From Eledone cirrhosa (taxonomy: Eukaryota), in assembly GCA_964016885.1 (NCBI GenBank), contig OZ024743.1, forward strand, positions 251,038,001 through 251,102,000: a stretch of DNA of 64,000 nucleotides, in the 5' to 3' direction. This document shows, piece by piece, positions 49,881 to 63,833 of the stretch. The stretch's first letter is position 1. Each line of letters starts with the position of its first letter. Under the pieces are notes generated by a model. That model saw only the letters and a list, made by a program, of their open reading frames with translations. It did no database searches and had not been told where the DNA came from. A program made the position numbers and the translations under genes.

Positions 49881-52087
49881 CACACTGTTTAGTTACCGTA
49901 TTATTTGAAGGAAAAACCTCCGTCCAATGTGTGAGGGAACCGGTTGTTTATACAACTCTACCGAGATCATATTTTTCATATATCTTGTTTGAAAAAAATG
50001 CGTGTTTTATGATAATTTAATATTCATTTCGTATTTCATAAAAACAAATCTTTCTATTGCAAACTTTTCATTTTATAACCTGCATTGTATAACCCATGTT
50101 TTATATCGCGTATTGTAAGGTAGATTTCATTGTCATGATTGATTTGGTTTATCCCTGGAATGTTCCTCAAACAAACCTTTTTGTGGAAGATCAATTGTTG
50201 CTGATGTATGCCAGTCACCCCTCTCAATGCCATCAATGTTGTCCAAGTTTTATAACATGTTAGGGGACTTGCAATGTTATCGGTTCTGCACATAAGTAAT
50301 GTGATTAATTAACTTCACGTAGTATCATGAATAATACCTGCAGTTGGGGTGGGGGTTTAGCCCTGTGGTGGACTGACATCATGTCCCTAGATTCGGGTAG
50401 TTTTGTACTCTGTCACTTAACACCAATGGAATCTGGATAAGCCCTGGCCTGATGATTCTAGGTTTGTGAAGGACTTGTGACATGACTCATGGGAGGAGAG
50501 GAATCTTGTACGTAGTCACCAATGAAATCAGGATAATCTCCGACCTGTTGAGTGTTCAGGTATCGGACAGACTTAAACGTGTTAACCTTAATCACGTGTA
50601 TGTGTGTGCGTATGTAGGTGTGTATGAATTTCCCTGTTTTTCCGTTGCCGAACAGAATAAAATTCGGAAATACTTGGATTTATCCAGTAATTATTTTTTC
50701 TAGCTTCAGGAATTCGAAACGTTTGGAGTCGGGCCGCTGAAAGTGATGTTCTTGTCATCGCTGGTGGCTCGCCTCACGTGAGGGTGTTTGGTTGTTTCAG
50801 TGCCTTAGCTTCACCATCACCCATGGACATGCTGCGAGCGTCTTGGCTTGTCTCAAAGCGTTTAGTTAACTCCTATGATGTGATGTGTGCGCATAGTGGT
50901 GAATTTACTCTTCCCTCTTTATTTCATCTCTCTTTTATGTATTAATATTTGTATATATTATATATGTTTGTGTTTTCGTTTGTGAGCATTTATATTATTA
51001 TAATCTTATACAACTGTGAATTGTTTAGGGTGTTATGTAAAATATTCTGGATATTTTTGGTGGTACATCAAAGATAAATACAGAGGTAATAAATGTCACC
51101 TTATTTACAGGTGTACTGTGTGTTATTTTGTATAGTATATACAGTCATCTCTTCATAAATGTATGCATAGGATCCTACATTCTACCAAATGTATTTTAGA
51201 ATAGCATCAACATTAAAGAAGTTGACATGTCTTTGGAAAACTGAAGAGTGTTCCCAAAACTTTGTTTGGCAGGTATCTCTGATTTGATGCCCTTCTTATT
51301 ACCAACCATATTTTCCTTCCAGAAGCAAGCATCACATTTGTTATAAGCATAAATATTACAGAGTATACAGTGTGTGTTGTGCTAATCATCAACTTTTTTA
51401 CGCATATACATATAGAGACATATATTAGCAATAGTTATTTAAACACACACGCGTACATACACGCACATATACACATACGCACATACATACATACACACAT
51501 CCGTACACAAATACACACACACATAAATACACATATATGAATACACACATATATAAATGCACACATATATAAACACATATAAATGCAAACACATATAAAT
51601 GCACACATATAAATACACACATATAAATATTCATATATATAAATACTCATATATATACACATACATAAACACTCACACACTTGTTCATACATACACAAAC
51701 ACACATTACATTCCAACATGTCTTCCAGATTCTTGGTTTTCAAATATAGTTATCAAATAAGACTTCTGCCGACCCTCAAATCCACCTGCCTGCTTCCCTC
51801 CCCCTGCAAAATATAAAATTCACAATTATAGTGAAACCCTACCCACAAATACTTTTGCATAAAGGACGATGATAAAATAGATAATACAAATTCCTTTATT
51901 TTATAGTTTTTATTTTATTTTATCAATATCAAGTGCTTGCTTCTGGAAGGAAAATTAACCATCTTGTTATTAATGTTATTATTATTGGTATTATTATTAT
52001 ATTCAAGAATCATGCAGAATTTGGCATCACATTTGTTATAAACATAAAATGGTGTATTATAACTCTTGGGGCTATGATGGTTTTTTG

Positions 52088-52124
<37 letters not shown>

Positions 52125-52423
52125 TTTTTTTTCGAGGGAAGGCGTTATTGTGGGCTTGCTGTTGTTGTATTGCAAGGCATTGTCTTGTAATAGGGTTTCA
52201 TTCCTTTCTGGCACAATCTAACTACAAACTGCTTTGTGCTAGAGGGATTGGTTCAGTTGTGTGATTATGTGGGTGTGTATGTGTGTGTGTGAAATAGTAT
52301 ATCTATATCTGCGTGTGAAATTATATGCATATATATATATATGTGTGCGCGTGTGTATATATGTGTGTGTGTGTATATATATATATATATGTGTATATAT
52401 ATATATGTGTGTATATATATGTG

Positions 52424-53084
52424 TCATCATCATCATCACCACCGTTTTACATCCGTTCTTTCACGCTAGTATGGGTTAGACGGGTTGTCCTTTTGTAGGC
52501 AGTGTCCGGTCGGCTGACCTTGTCTTGCTCATACGGGAACTGATTCTGGCTTGATTTCTACAGCTGGATGCCCTTCCTAACACCAACCTCATTTACAGTG
52601 AGTGCTGGGTTTCCTTTTTTTCCGTGGCGCCTACACGTCCACATTACAGTGTGAGCTGGGTGCTTTTTTGCCGTGGCACCTCCACCATCACTTTGCAGTG
52701 GGAGGGGTGGGGCAATATTGTCTATATGCTTCAGCTTCGGCTTGTTCCTGTGGGGGGGGGGGGGGGGGGGTCGGTCTTCTGTATTACTGCGTGGCGCCAG
52801 AGATCACGGTCATGTGTCATCGCCCTTGCGAGGTGCATTGGGTAAGGTCAGCTTTTATCACCTCATCCAGGTCTTCTTGGGTCTCCTCATCCCAGGTCTT
52901 CTTGGGTCTCCCCACTCCGTGGCATCCATCGACTTCTAGTGCTCTGCACCTTTTTATGCAGCTGTCATCCTTCATAAGCATCACATGTTCATACCAACGC
53001 ACCCTCCTCTCCTGCACACAGCATTTGATTTCTCTTATGCTCAGTCTCTCTCTCTCAATTCCTTTGTGCTTTGCCGTTCGCGTA
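52424..53084 (-). mobile_element. 3' fragment of the RTE LINE family at 60972-63832
   Basis: [23 protein letters not shown]...GRPKKTW matches the C-terminus; (GAT)n tail at 52424-52440. Confidence 0.92.
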
Positions 53085-53088
53085 TATG

Positions 53089-53121
<33 letters not shown>

Positions 53122-53136
53122 GTATATATATATATA

Positions 53137-53169
<33 letters not shown>

Positions 53170-53703
53170 ATGAGTGTATGTGTATATATAACGAGTGTAT
53201 GTATACATGCTCAAAATGAAAACATGATCTTGCAAACTTTCACACATGTTCATAATCTCTTTCTCTCTCTTTCACACACACACACACACACCCATAACTA
53301 TATGTCTGTCTGACTATGTATACACAAAATACACACAATCAAGCGTTAACCTAATATATCCCTTCCATATACTGCACCGATTGTGTTGTTATTTAATTAT
53401 ATATCTATATTGTATATCTATATATATATAAAACTGATGTTGTCTGTGACTGTGTCCTCATTTTTGCAAAGTCTATACAAATCCACATTTCTACGTCGAT
53501 TGACTTCAAACTTGCATTTATATATTCCTTGCGGTCTAAAGATACTAACTTCTGCTTTTATTTTTCAATTTTCTGTTGTTAAAGGGGTGTTAGGCGCCGG
53601 TTATCGATCGCCGTCGAGCCCTTATAATATCTGTCTGTATGTCTGCCTGTCTGCATAATGACATTCTGACGAACATGTCATTGCTGACGTATTATCTTCG
53701 CTA

Positions 53704-53856
<153 letters not shown>

Positions 53857-54495
53857 TACACATATACAAATATATATATATATATATATATATATTGTTA
53901 TACTTGGGGAGGGTCATATTTGCGTAATATTGCCAGAATTAATAACAGAACACACTCACTGCTTGGTTGGTTTTCGCTTCTCGCTGTCTTTTATATATAT
54001 ATATCTGCGATCTAACTTACTCGGTCCTCAATGTTGCCATTGACTGACCGACGGTCAAAAATAATACAGATACAATATAGACACAAACACATATATATAT
54101 AGTTTACATAATTTACATAAATCTTTCGTTGCACATCTGCAACATCGTCAGTGGTGTTATATTCTTTGTTCCTCCTGTTGTGTTGTATGCCTACGCCATT
54201 TTTTATTCAGTCTGTCTATATATTTATTTATTTATTTATTTGCTTGTTTGTTTATCTTATTTTATTTTGTCTTCTTTGCGCATGCGTTTGCGTGTGTGTA
54301 TAGTGTTATGTGTGCTGTGTGACTAGTGTGTATAGTGTTGTGTCTGCTGGGTGACTAGTGTGTGTTTATGTGCTTGTTGTTATTGTGCTTGTGTATGTAT
54401 TTATTTATCTTATTTTATTTTATTTACTTATTTATACTTCTCTTAGGTCAGTGTTGTTTGTTTGGGTGTTGTTGTTGTTCCACTCATTCTTTCTG

Positions 54496-56076
54496 CGACG
54501 TCGACACAGACGAACTGGGCCTCCTACTTAGACTTACCTACGACACTGACTACCTAGACAGCCATGACCTTAGATGTTTCTGCCCTAGTAGACCTATAAG
54601 AGGTAGACCCGCCACCATAACCTCAATGGCTAAAAAGACTCCCATAGGAAGGTGGATTGGGTGGACCAAAGCTATACGGACCCCCAAAACACTGATCAGG
54701 TAAGAAAAATGGTCGCACATGCAATAGGGGCTAGTATCAAAACTACCCTAAAGGGCCACATATTTAAGTTCAATGAGAAAATCTACACCCAAAATGAGGG
54801 AGCAGCCATCGGCGTCAGCATAGCTGGTGATGTTGCCAACCTTTTCATGGTATGGTGGGAAAGGAGACTTAAAGATCTCCTTAATGAAAGCTCCATAGAC
54901 CTCATCATGTACTCTCGTTATGTAGACGATATCAATATAGTTATAAGAACACCCCCACTAGAGAGCACTAACAAGTTTGATTTAGAACGTAGCACGATGG
55001 AAAGCATCCAGCAGATAGCTAATTCCATACACCAGAGTATAACTGTAACTATCGACTTCCCTTCCAAACACCCTAACAATAGACTACCTGTATTAGACAC
55101 AGAACTCTGGATTAACGCTATAGACGAGCGAGCCCAAATTCTCCACTCACACTATGCTAAGCCCATGGCCTCCAAATACCTGATACTCAAAAACTCAGCA
55201 ATGTCCAGTAGTGCTAAGTTTAATATTCTGATCGCAGATTTGGTACGAGTGATGAAGAATGTGTCCAACATGTGCGACCCAACAGAAATGGAAAGACACA
55301 TCCAACACTTCATCAACCGCATGCAGTTCTCTGGCTACAACCAAAGAGACAGAGTCAGAGTATACGAAGGAGCCATGGAAAAGTATAAGACCCTCATAGA
55401 ACTGGACATGAAAGGAATTTGCCCACTATACAGGAGCAAATCATGGAATAGCTTAGATAGGGCTAGACATAAGATAGGGAAGGCCACATCATGGTACGAC
55501 AACCAGAGATATCTGAGTGTCATGTTTGTGGACGCCACCCCTGGAGGGAAATTAGCTAACCAGTGTAGAAAGGCCCTGAGAAAGACCCACTTAAAAATAA
55601 AGGTGGTAGAAAAGCCAGGAACCACCATAAAATCCCTGATCAGCAAAACCTACCCTTTTAAGAAAACCCACTGTACCAATAGGAAATGTATCATATGTAA
55701 GGTGAACCCCCGGATAAACTGTAAAACTAGAAACGTAGTCTATAGCATAAGATGTACAGAGGTTACTTGCAGAAACACGACAACAACATACATAGGTGAG
55801 ACAGCTCGTAGCATAGGTGAAAGGATAGACCAACACTGGGGGGAACTAAAAGGACGAAAAAACGGGTCAGTACTGTACGAACATGCTAGACAACAACATG
55901 ACGGTAACATAGACAACATAGAAATTAGAATAATATCTAAACATAGGAATGACCCAGCAGATAGGCAAATCAGAGAGGCCAGTGAAATAGAAATTAGAAG
56001 ACCAAAGCTAAACAGAAAGAATGAGTGGAACAACAACAACACCCAAACAAACAACACTGACCTAAGAGAAGTATAA
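54496..56076 (+). CDS. PLE RT (motif B onward) + GIY-YIG endonuclease; 5'-truncated, frameshift near 54685
   Basis: QNEGAAIG, RYVDD, LPVLD, CxxxxCxxC linker, NVVYSIRC...YIGETARSIGERIDQH...RQIREA...LN. Confidence 0.9.
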
Positions 56077-56354
56077 ATAAGTAAATAAAATAAAATAAAA
56101 TAAGATAAATAAATACATACACAAGCACAATAACAACAAGCACATAAACACACACTAGTCACCCAGCAGACACAACACTATACACACTAGTCACACAGCA
56201 CACATAACACTATACACACACGCAAACGCATGCGCAAAGAAGACAAAATAAAATAAGATAAACAAACAAGCAAATAAATAAATAAATAAATATATAGACA
56301 GACTGAATAAAAAATGGCGTAGACATACAACACAACAGGAGGAACAAAGAATAT

Positions 56355-56427
56355 AACACCACTGACGATGTTGCAGATGTGCAACGAAAGATTTATGTAA
56401 ATTATGTAAACTATATATATATGTGTT
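56355..56427 (+). ncRNA. Hammerhead-like motif in the pLTR (mirror copy ~54085-54157 minus; related copy ~58210-58268 minus)
   Basis: CTGACGA-t gttgca gatg tgcaac-GAAA-g...c-TA; stem II perfect, stem I interrupted by (TA)n. Confidence 0.5.
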
Positions 56428-56669
56428 TGTGTCTATATTGTATCTGTATTATTTTTGACCGTCGGTCAGTCAATGGCAACATTGAGGACCGAGTAAGTTA
56501 GATCGCAGATATAAAAGACAGCGAGAAGCGAAAACCAACCAAACAGTGAGTGTGTTCTGTTATTAATTCTGGCAATATTACGCAAATATGACCCTCCCCA
56601 AGTATAACAATATCTGTTTCGACACACGATTTCATATAAAAAACCTCGCTAAACTATATATATATATAT

Positions 56670-57242
56670 AAATGGAATAGAATGAAACGAAATTTCATTT
56701 CTCACTCTTTATATATACATACATGCACATATATATATATATATGCACGTATCGGTTTACCGAACATTTATTATAATGCTCGGTTTGTTTGTTTATAAAC
56801 AAACAGCCCGAATTACGCCGTGCAGTGTTTAAGCAACCACGTCACCTTTTTGTTCAACACTGACACAGGAACGATGTACTAGTTTCAAGCTTATTAGCTA
56901 TCGTCAGCATCGTATACCTTCCTGCCAGATGGTTGAACGTCTGAAAGTATATACTTTCCTCATGCATATTAACGGCTGAGCAGCCTAATTTGCATATCGA
57001 GTGAGTTCAGTCGGCCGGGCACACCGAAAACGATAAATGGAATAGAATGAAACGAAATTTCATTTCTCATTCTTAGTACGTCACTTACTTAAATGTAAGT
57101 ATGCATGTATGTATACGCACATACATATATGTATACAGACGTACAGTAGTATGTATATGTATACATACATGCACACATATATATATGCACGTATCGGTTT
57201 ACCGAACATTTATATTAATGCTCGGTTTGTTTGTTTGTAAAC
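56670..57242 (-). mobile_element. Retrozyme-like element, family C: ~440-nt unit with terminal redundancy
   Basis: gcacgtatcggtttaccgaac at ~56746 and ~57187; aaatggaatagaatgaaacg at ~56670 and ~57035; homologous to 26616-27230. Confidence 0.8.
56871..56913 (-). ncRNA. Minimal type I hammerhead
   Basis: acgatg-CTGACGA-t agct aata agct t-GAAA-ctag-TA-catcgt; compensatory stem I change relative to 26980. Confidence 0.88.
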
Positions 57243-57383
<141 letters not shown>

Positions 57384-57661
57384 CAGATACATTGTAGGTT
57401 GCTTTAACCCGTCTTTTATTATTCAAAAAACTTCTTGCCAATAAACATTAACCCTTTGTGCGCCATTCATCTATCTGTAGACCAAATAAAGATGGCGTAC
57501 AATGCAACGGGATGACAAGAACGATGGCGAATGAATATTCGAGATAAGCAGTTTCGCCCCGGCCTGTTAGTTCACGCGGGATTCTCTGCTACACCTTTTC
57601 GTAATAATACCGACCAACGTACTGCTGGTCACTCCTTCCTCCAAAAGCCGTAAAAAGCATA

Positions 57662-57684
57662 TCTCTCTCTCTGGCTCTCTCTCT

Positions 57685-57770
<86 letters not shown>
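57662..57770. repeat. (CT)n microsatellite
   Basis: Direct reading. Confidence 0.97.
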
Positions 57771-57772
<2 letters not shown>

Positions 57773-57794
57773 ATATATTTATATATATATATAT

Positions 57795-57986
57795 ATAGGA
57801 ACAAGTAAGACCCCGACGGCTGAGCTCAAGCCGTTTCGACGGCTAATTCTGTACAGAATTAGCCGTCGAAACGGCTTGAGCTCAGCCGTCGGGGTCTTAC
57901 TTGTTCCTATTACCCACTCTACTACCCTAAGTATTGAGTACTTTGGTGCGTTATGGTCCACCTGGTTCCTTACCACATTTCCTTCG

Positions 57987-57990
<4 letters not shown>
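57795..57990 (+). mobile_element. Family A pLTR tip with a perfect palindrome (57795-57910, centre ctgtacag)
   Basis: Same architecture as 2453-2646. Confidence 0.85.
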
Positions 57991-58024
<34 letters not shown>

Positions 58025-58032
<8 letters not shown>

Positions 58033-58470
58033 ATACTTGGGGAGGGTCATATTTGTGTAATAATATTGCCAGAATTAATAACAGAACACACTCACTGTTT
58101 GGTTGGTTTTCGCTTCTGTGTCTTTTATATCGGTTAATTTAATTTATTGGGTCGTCAATGTTGCCATTGACTGACCAACGGTCAAAAATACAGATACAAT
58201 ATAGACACAAACACATATATAGTCTATCAAAGTTCTTTCGTTGCACATCTGCAATATCGTCAGTGGTGCTATTATGTTTCCTCCCGTTGCATTGTATGCT
58301 TACGCCATCTTTATTTCGTCTGTTTATTTATTTATTTATTTATATATATGTTATAAGAACAGATTAAAGTTTAAGAAAAGAATCGCTGCTTTCAACCTTT
58401 CAACATTAAGGGGATCTTCTGAAACTAAAAAAATAATCTATGAACGCAGAAGTAAATATTTCGAGAAATG
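58025..58470 (-). mobile_element. Two adjacent solo pLTR fragments (related to 53892-54240 and to 28645-28760)
   Basis: 58025-58340 matches 53892 onward; 58355-58465 matches 28655 onward. Confidence 0.8.
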
Positions 58471-58539
58471 ATTTTGTGAAAGTATAGTTTTCGAAGCAAC
58501 AATGAAGTATTGACATAAATGGTATACATAACTGCTATT

Positions 58540-58571
58540 TGATACCCGAGCAACGCCGGGTACCTCTGCTA

Positions 58572-58572
<1 letters not shown>
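58540..58572 (+). mobile_element. Helitron 3' terminus
   Basis: tacccg-agcaacgc-cgggta hairpin followed by CTAG|T. Confidence 0.7.
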
Positions 58573-58620
<48 letters not shown>

Positions 58621-58975
58621 CAGACACACATGTATATTATCATATATATCTATAAATAACAAAGTCACATAGGAAAAAACCGAAATCCGTGGGATGCATG
58701 AGCAAAACTGTCACCTTCATCTTCTGCCACCTCGTGCATAAGGGTGGTATTGCATAATACTGAATCTCTGGAAAAATGCACACAAGGCAACACAACAGAG
58801 AAACAGGACAAATGAGTGACATTCAACTGGAAACAAGGGCATCACAGGAAAGAAGGGAATACAAATATACTCTCATCAAAAAAGAGGAGTGAGTTGTTGC
58901 ATTGGTAATGAAGCATGTAATACATATCCACACACACACACATATGTATGTATACACACACACATCTTTGCACAT

Positions 58976-59045
<70 letters not shown>

Positions 59046-59620
59046 TAGAGCACAAAGCATTACACAAATAAAAGAAAAGAAGTACTCAATGCATATTGCT
59101 CAGTGTTAACACTGTACATGACTAGAAGGTTCAGTGAAATGAGTCTTGGAGTTATGTTCACAATATATACACATATATGTGTGTGTGTGTTTGTGTGCAT
59201 GTGTGTATATATAAATTTAGATATGTGTGCCTGAGCATCGGTAAATGTATACATATATGTTTTAGTGTATGTGTATGTATGTGTTGATGTGCATAGATAT
59301 ACATGGTTTTGTGTGTGAACATTTATATATTGTGTGTAAGCATGTCTATATGTGTGCATACATACGTGTGTGTGTTAGCATGCTTACATATACACGTCTG
59401 TGTATATTAGTGTGCATGCACATACTCATGTGTTAGTGTGTGTGTTTAAACACATATATGTTAGTGTGAATATTTTGGTAACATTCTTTTGCTCCTTTGA
59501 CTGTTGGGAAGGTCTATCTGTAAGTTCTGAGAATGTTTCTGTGGAATACCTGAGAATCTAGCTAGAGGAAGTATTATCTCTAATCTCATTAATATGATAG
59601 GTGTTTCCACATTACCAGTT

Positions 59621-60513
59621 GTGTAATAGACCTCTCTAGCTACTGAGATGTAGTGTTTGTAACATCCATTGTCCTCTCATGTCTCTGGTACTAATCAACT
59701 GTGTAATAGACCTCTCTAGCTACTGAGAGGTAGTGTTTGTAACATCCATTGTCCTCTCATGTCTCTGGTACTAATCAACTGTGTAATAGACCTCTCTAGC
59801 TACTGAGAGGTAGTGTTTGTAACATCCATTGTCCTCTCATGTCTCTGGTACTAATCAACTGTGTAATAGACCTCTCTAGCTACTGAGAGGTAGTGTTTGT
59901 AACATCCATTGTCCTCTCATGTCTCTGGTACTAATCAACTGTGTAATAGACCTCTCTAGCTACTGAGATGTAGTGTTTGTAACATCCATTGTCCTCTCAT
60001 GTCTCTGGTACTAATCAACTGTGTAATAGACCTCTCTAGCTACTGAGATGTAGTGTTTGTAACATCCATTGTCCTCTCATGTCTCTGGTACTAATCAACT
60101 GTGTAATAGACCTCTCTAGCTACTGAGAGGTAGTGTTTGTAACATCCATTGTCCTCTCATGTCTCTGGTACTAACCAACTGTGTAATAAACCTCTCTAGC
60201 TACTGAGATGTAGTGTTTGTAACATCCATTGTCCTCTCATGTCTCTGGTACTAATCAACTGTGTAATAGACCTCTCTAGCTACTGAGAGGTAGTGTTTGT
60301 AACATCCATTGTCCTCTCATGTCTCTGGTACTAACCAACTGTGTAATAAACCTCTCTAGCTACTGAGAGGTAGTGTTTGTAACATCCATTGTCCTCTCAT
60401 GTCTCTGGTACTAATCAACTCTGTAATAGACCTCTCTAGCTACTGAGATGTAGTGTTTGTAACATACATTGTCCTCTCATGTCTCTGGTACTAACCAACT
60501 GTGTAATAGACCT
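59621..60513. repeat. Homogeneous tandem array, 80-bp unit x ~11.2
   Basis: gtgtaatagacctctctagctactgaga... recurs every 80 bp from 59621 to 60501 with few variant sites. Confidence 0.97.
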
Positions 60514-60971
60514 GTGTAATAGATCCTCATCATCGTTTAATGTCTATCTTCCACGCTAGCATGAGTTAGACGGAATATATATATATATGTATAGGCATAT
60601 TTGTGTATATATATATATATATGTATGTATAGGCATATATGTGTATATATATATATATATGTATATGTGTATATGTAAATATGTATATTTGTGTGTATAT
60701 ATATATATATATATGTATATGTAAATATGTATATATATATTTTTGGGTGTGTATATATGATATGCAAATATGTATATATATATTTTTGGGTGTGAATATA
60801 TATTTATGTAAATATGTATATATATATATTTGTGTGTATATATATATATATATATATATGTATATGTAAATATGTACATATATATTTTGGGGTGTGTATA
60901 TATGTATATGTAAATATATATATATATATTTTTGGGTGTATATATATATGTATATGTAAATATGTATATAT

Positions 60972-63535
60972 ATGGAGGCCATGGAGTTGGCACAAGGAAT
61001 GAGGAAGGATTCAGACTTCTAGAATTCTGCGACGCCAATGACATGTCGATATGTAACACAAACTTTAAAAAACCCGACAACCACTTGATCACCTATAGAT
61101 CAGGGGAGCACTCTAGTCAGTTAGATTTTATCCTCATCAGAGCACGTGACAGATGGACGGTCGTAAACACAAAATCCTTCCCTAGTGAGGAATGTACATC
61201 CCAACATAGCTTAGTTGTCAGCGACCTCACGGTCAGAACTAGACGAACCCGGAAACAGAGGCTAACCTGGAGAAGAAAGATCTGGAAGCTGAAAGTCCCC
61301 TCAACCAGTAACAGATTTAAAGATATTTTACTCAACGCCTACGACAGTAAAGAAGAACAGATAGAGACATTTAACGTAGAAGAGAACTGGGAGTTCCTAA
61401 AAAATAACTTACTAGAGGCGACGGATGAGGTTTGTGGCTGGAGTAAGACCACAAGCAGGAGGAGAGTGATTTGGTGGTGGAACAATAAGGTAGATGAAGC
61501 AGTCAAGGCCAAGAGACAGGCATGGAAAGAATGGAAGAACGGGGGGAGCAGGGTACATTACATAGAGACCAAGAGGGAAGCTAGGCGACAAGTATACTTA
61601 GCTAGGAGGGAAGCAGAGGATAGAAAATTCAAGCATGTTTTACAACGTGAGGACGAGAAACAGGAGGTATTCAAGATTGCGAGGCAGTGTGTCAGAGATA
61701 GTTGTGATGTCATTGGAGAGAAGTGTATCTGGAATGATAAAGGTGAGCTTGCCCTCACAAGTGCTGAGAAGAAAGATGCATGGAAGAGTCATTATGATAG
61801 ATTACTAAATGAGGAGAATGCATGGGAAGAAGAGACCCTACCCCATGTAGACCCTATAGAGGGACCAGCAGTACAAGTCAGCGGCAGCGTAGTAAGTAAG
61901 GGAATCAGAGATATGAAGATGGGGAAGGCAACCGGTCCATCGGGTATAGCTGCCGAGATGCTGAAGGCATCTGGGTCTGTAGGTCACACTATAACCACAC
62001 GTATCGTTAACCAGGTAATACTAGAAGGGGCCATACCAAAAGATTGGTGCAGTAGCATCATTGTCAACTGCTACAAATGTAAAGGCGATGCACTAGAAAG
62101 AGGAAACTATAGAGGTATAAAGTTGATGGACCAGGTCATGAAAGTAACAGAAAGAGTTATAGCACAGCTGATTAGGGACCGGGTGAATATAGACGAGATG
62201 CAATTTGGGTTTGTACCAGGGAGAGGCACCACTGATGCCCTCTTCCTTGTGAGGCAATTACAGGAAAAGTACCTAGCTAAAAGTAAGCCACTCTACTTGG
62301 CATTTGTCGACCTTGAGAAAGCCTTTGACAGAGTTCCACGTGCGGTAATCTGGTGGGCTCTTAGAAAACTAGGAGTAGATGAATGGCTTGTGAAAGCGGT
62401 ACAAGCCATGTATAGGGGAGCAGTCAGCAAAGTTAGGGTTAGCAATGAGTATTGCGAGGAATTTAGCGTACAGGTTGGGGTCCACCAGGGCTCTGTTCTT
62501 AGCCCTCTCCTGTTCATCATAGTCCTGCAGGCAATAACGGAGGAGTTTAAGACCGGATGCCCATGGGAACTCCTGTATGCTGATGACCTCGCACTCATAG
62601 CTGAATCTATGGTAGAACTAGAGAATAAATTCCAAACCTGGAAGCAGGGACTAGAGAGAAAGGGCCTCAAAGTCAACATGACAAAGACTAAGGTCCTTGT
62701 AAGTAGACGAGAAAACAGAACCCAGATCCCCTCAGGGAAATGGCCTTGCTCAGTATGTAGGAAAGGTGTAGGTAGGAACTCCATTCTCTGCCCCAAATGC
62801 AAACAATTGGTACACAAGAGATGTAGCGGGATCTCAGGAAGCTTAATTAAGAATGTAGGATTCACATGCAGCAGCTGTGCTGAAACAGCAAGCAAACAGC
62901 CACAGGAAACAAGTACCACCAATCTCTGGGAGGGCCCTGTAGAAACAGACAGCTTCTGCTACCTAGGTGACCGAATTAGCAACGGAGGTGGGTGCTCAGA
63001 AAGTACAATAACTAGGGTAAGAACGGGATGGAAGAAGTTTAGGGAACTACTACCACTGCTAGCTGCAAAAGGCTTCTCCCTCAGAATGAAAGGCAGACTG
63101 TATGATGCGTGTATCCGAACAGCGATGTTGCATGGTAGTGAGACCTGGGCGCTGAAGGTGGAAGACTTACGTAGATTAGAGAGAAACGAAGCCTGCATGC
63201 TCCGATGGATGTGTAACAGTAATATACGTGAACGACAAAGCATAAAGGAATTGAGAGAGAGACTGAGCATAAGAGGAATCAAATGCTGCGTGCAGGAGAG
63301 GCGGTTACGCTGGTATGGACATGTGATGCGTATGAAGGATGACAGCTGCATAAAAAGGTGCAGAGCACTAGAAGTTGATGGAAACCGCGAAGTGGGGAGA
63401 CCCAAGATGACTTGGGATGAGGTGATAAAAGCCGACCTTACCCAACTACACCTCTCAAAGACAATGACACACGACCGTGACTTCTGGCGTCACGCAGTAA
63501 TACAGGGTACCCGACCTCCCATGGGTACATGCTGA
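60972..63535 (+). CDS. RTE-clade LINE ORF: partial APE endonuclease + RT + PHD-like Cys cluster; 5'-truncated
   Basis: [82 protein letters not shown]. Confidence 0.95.
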
Positions 63536-63833
63536 AGCATATAAACAATATGCCCCCACTCCCCCCACCGCAAGGTGGTCGTGGAGGTGCCACGGCAAAA
63601 AAGCACCCAGCCCACACTGTAAAGTGGACGTGTAGGCGCCACGAAAAAGCACCCAGCACTCACTGTAAATGAGGTTGGTGTTAGGAAGGGCATCCAGCTG
63701 TAGAAATCAAGCCAGATCAGTTCCTGTATGAGCAATGCATGGTCAGCCGACCAGACACTGCCCACAACAGGACAACCCGTCTAACCCATGCTAGCATGGA
63801 AGAACGGACGTAAAACGGTGATGATGATGATGA
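60972..63833 (+). mobile_element. RTE LINE copy with 3' UTR and (GAT)n tail, inserted in an AT-rich minisatellite
   Basis: Tail ccgtctaacccatgctagc...gatgatgatgat; the tttttgggtgtgtata repeat continues on both sides (60600-60971, 63834-64000). Confidence 0.93.

Larger units (their letters stand above)
53892..56646 (+). mobile_element. 5'-truncated PLE (third lineage) with ~600-bp inverted pLTR (53892-54495 vs 56013-56613)
   Basis: Arms are near-perfect reverse complements (mirror ORFs 54129+ and 56187-); RT-EN ORF between them; (AT)n flanks. Confidence 0.92.

Noticed and set aside
58670-58895. Possible exon ending at a GTGAGT donor
   Set aside because: All frames from the nearest acceptor contain stops.
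59621-60513. CRISPR-like array
   Set aside because: Units are contiguous and near-identical, with no unique spacers and no cas genes; the context is eukaryotic.
62293-63405. Antisense ORFs over LINE and PLE coding regions (also 19329-19808, 22883-23270, 30588-31325)
   Set aside because: Shadow frames opposite real RT ORFs.
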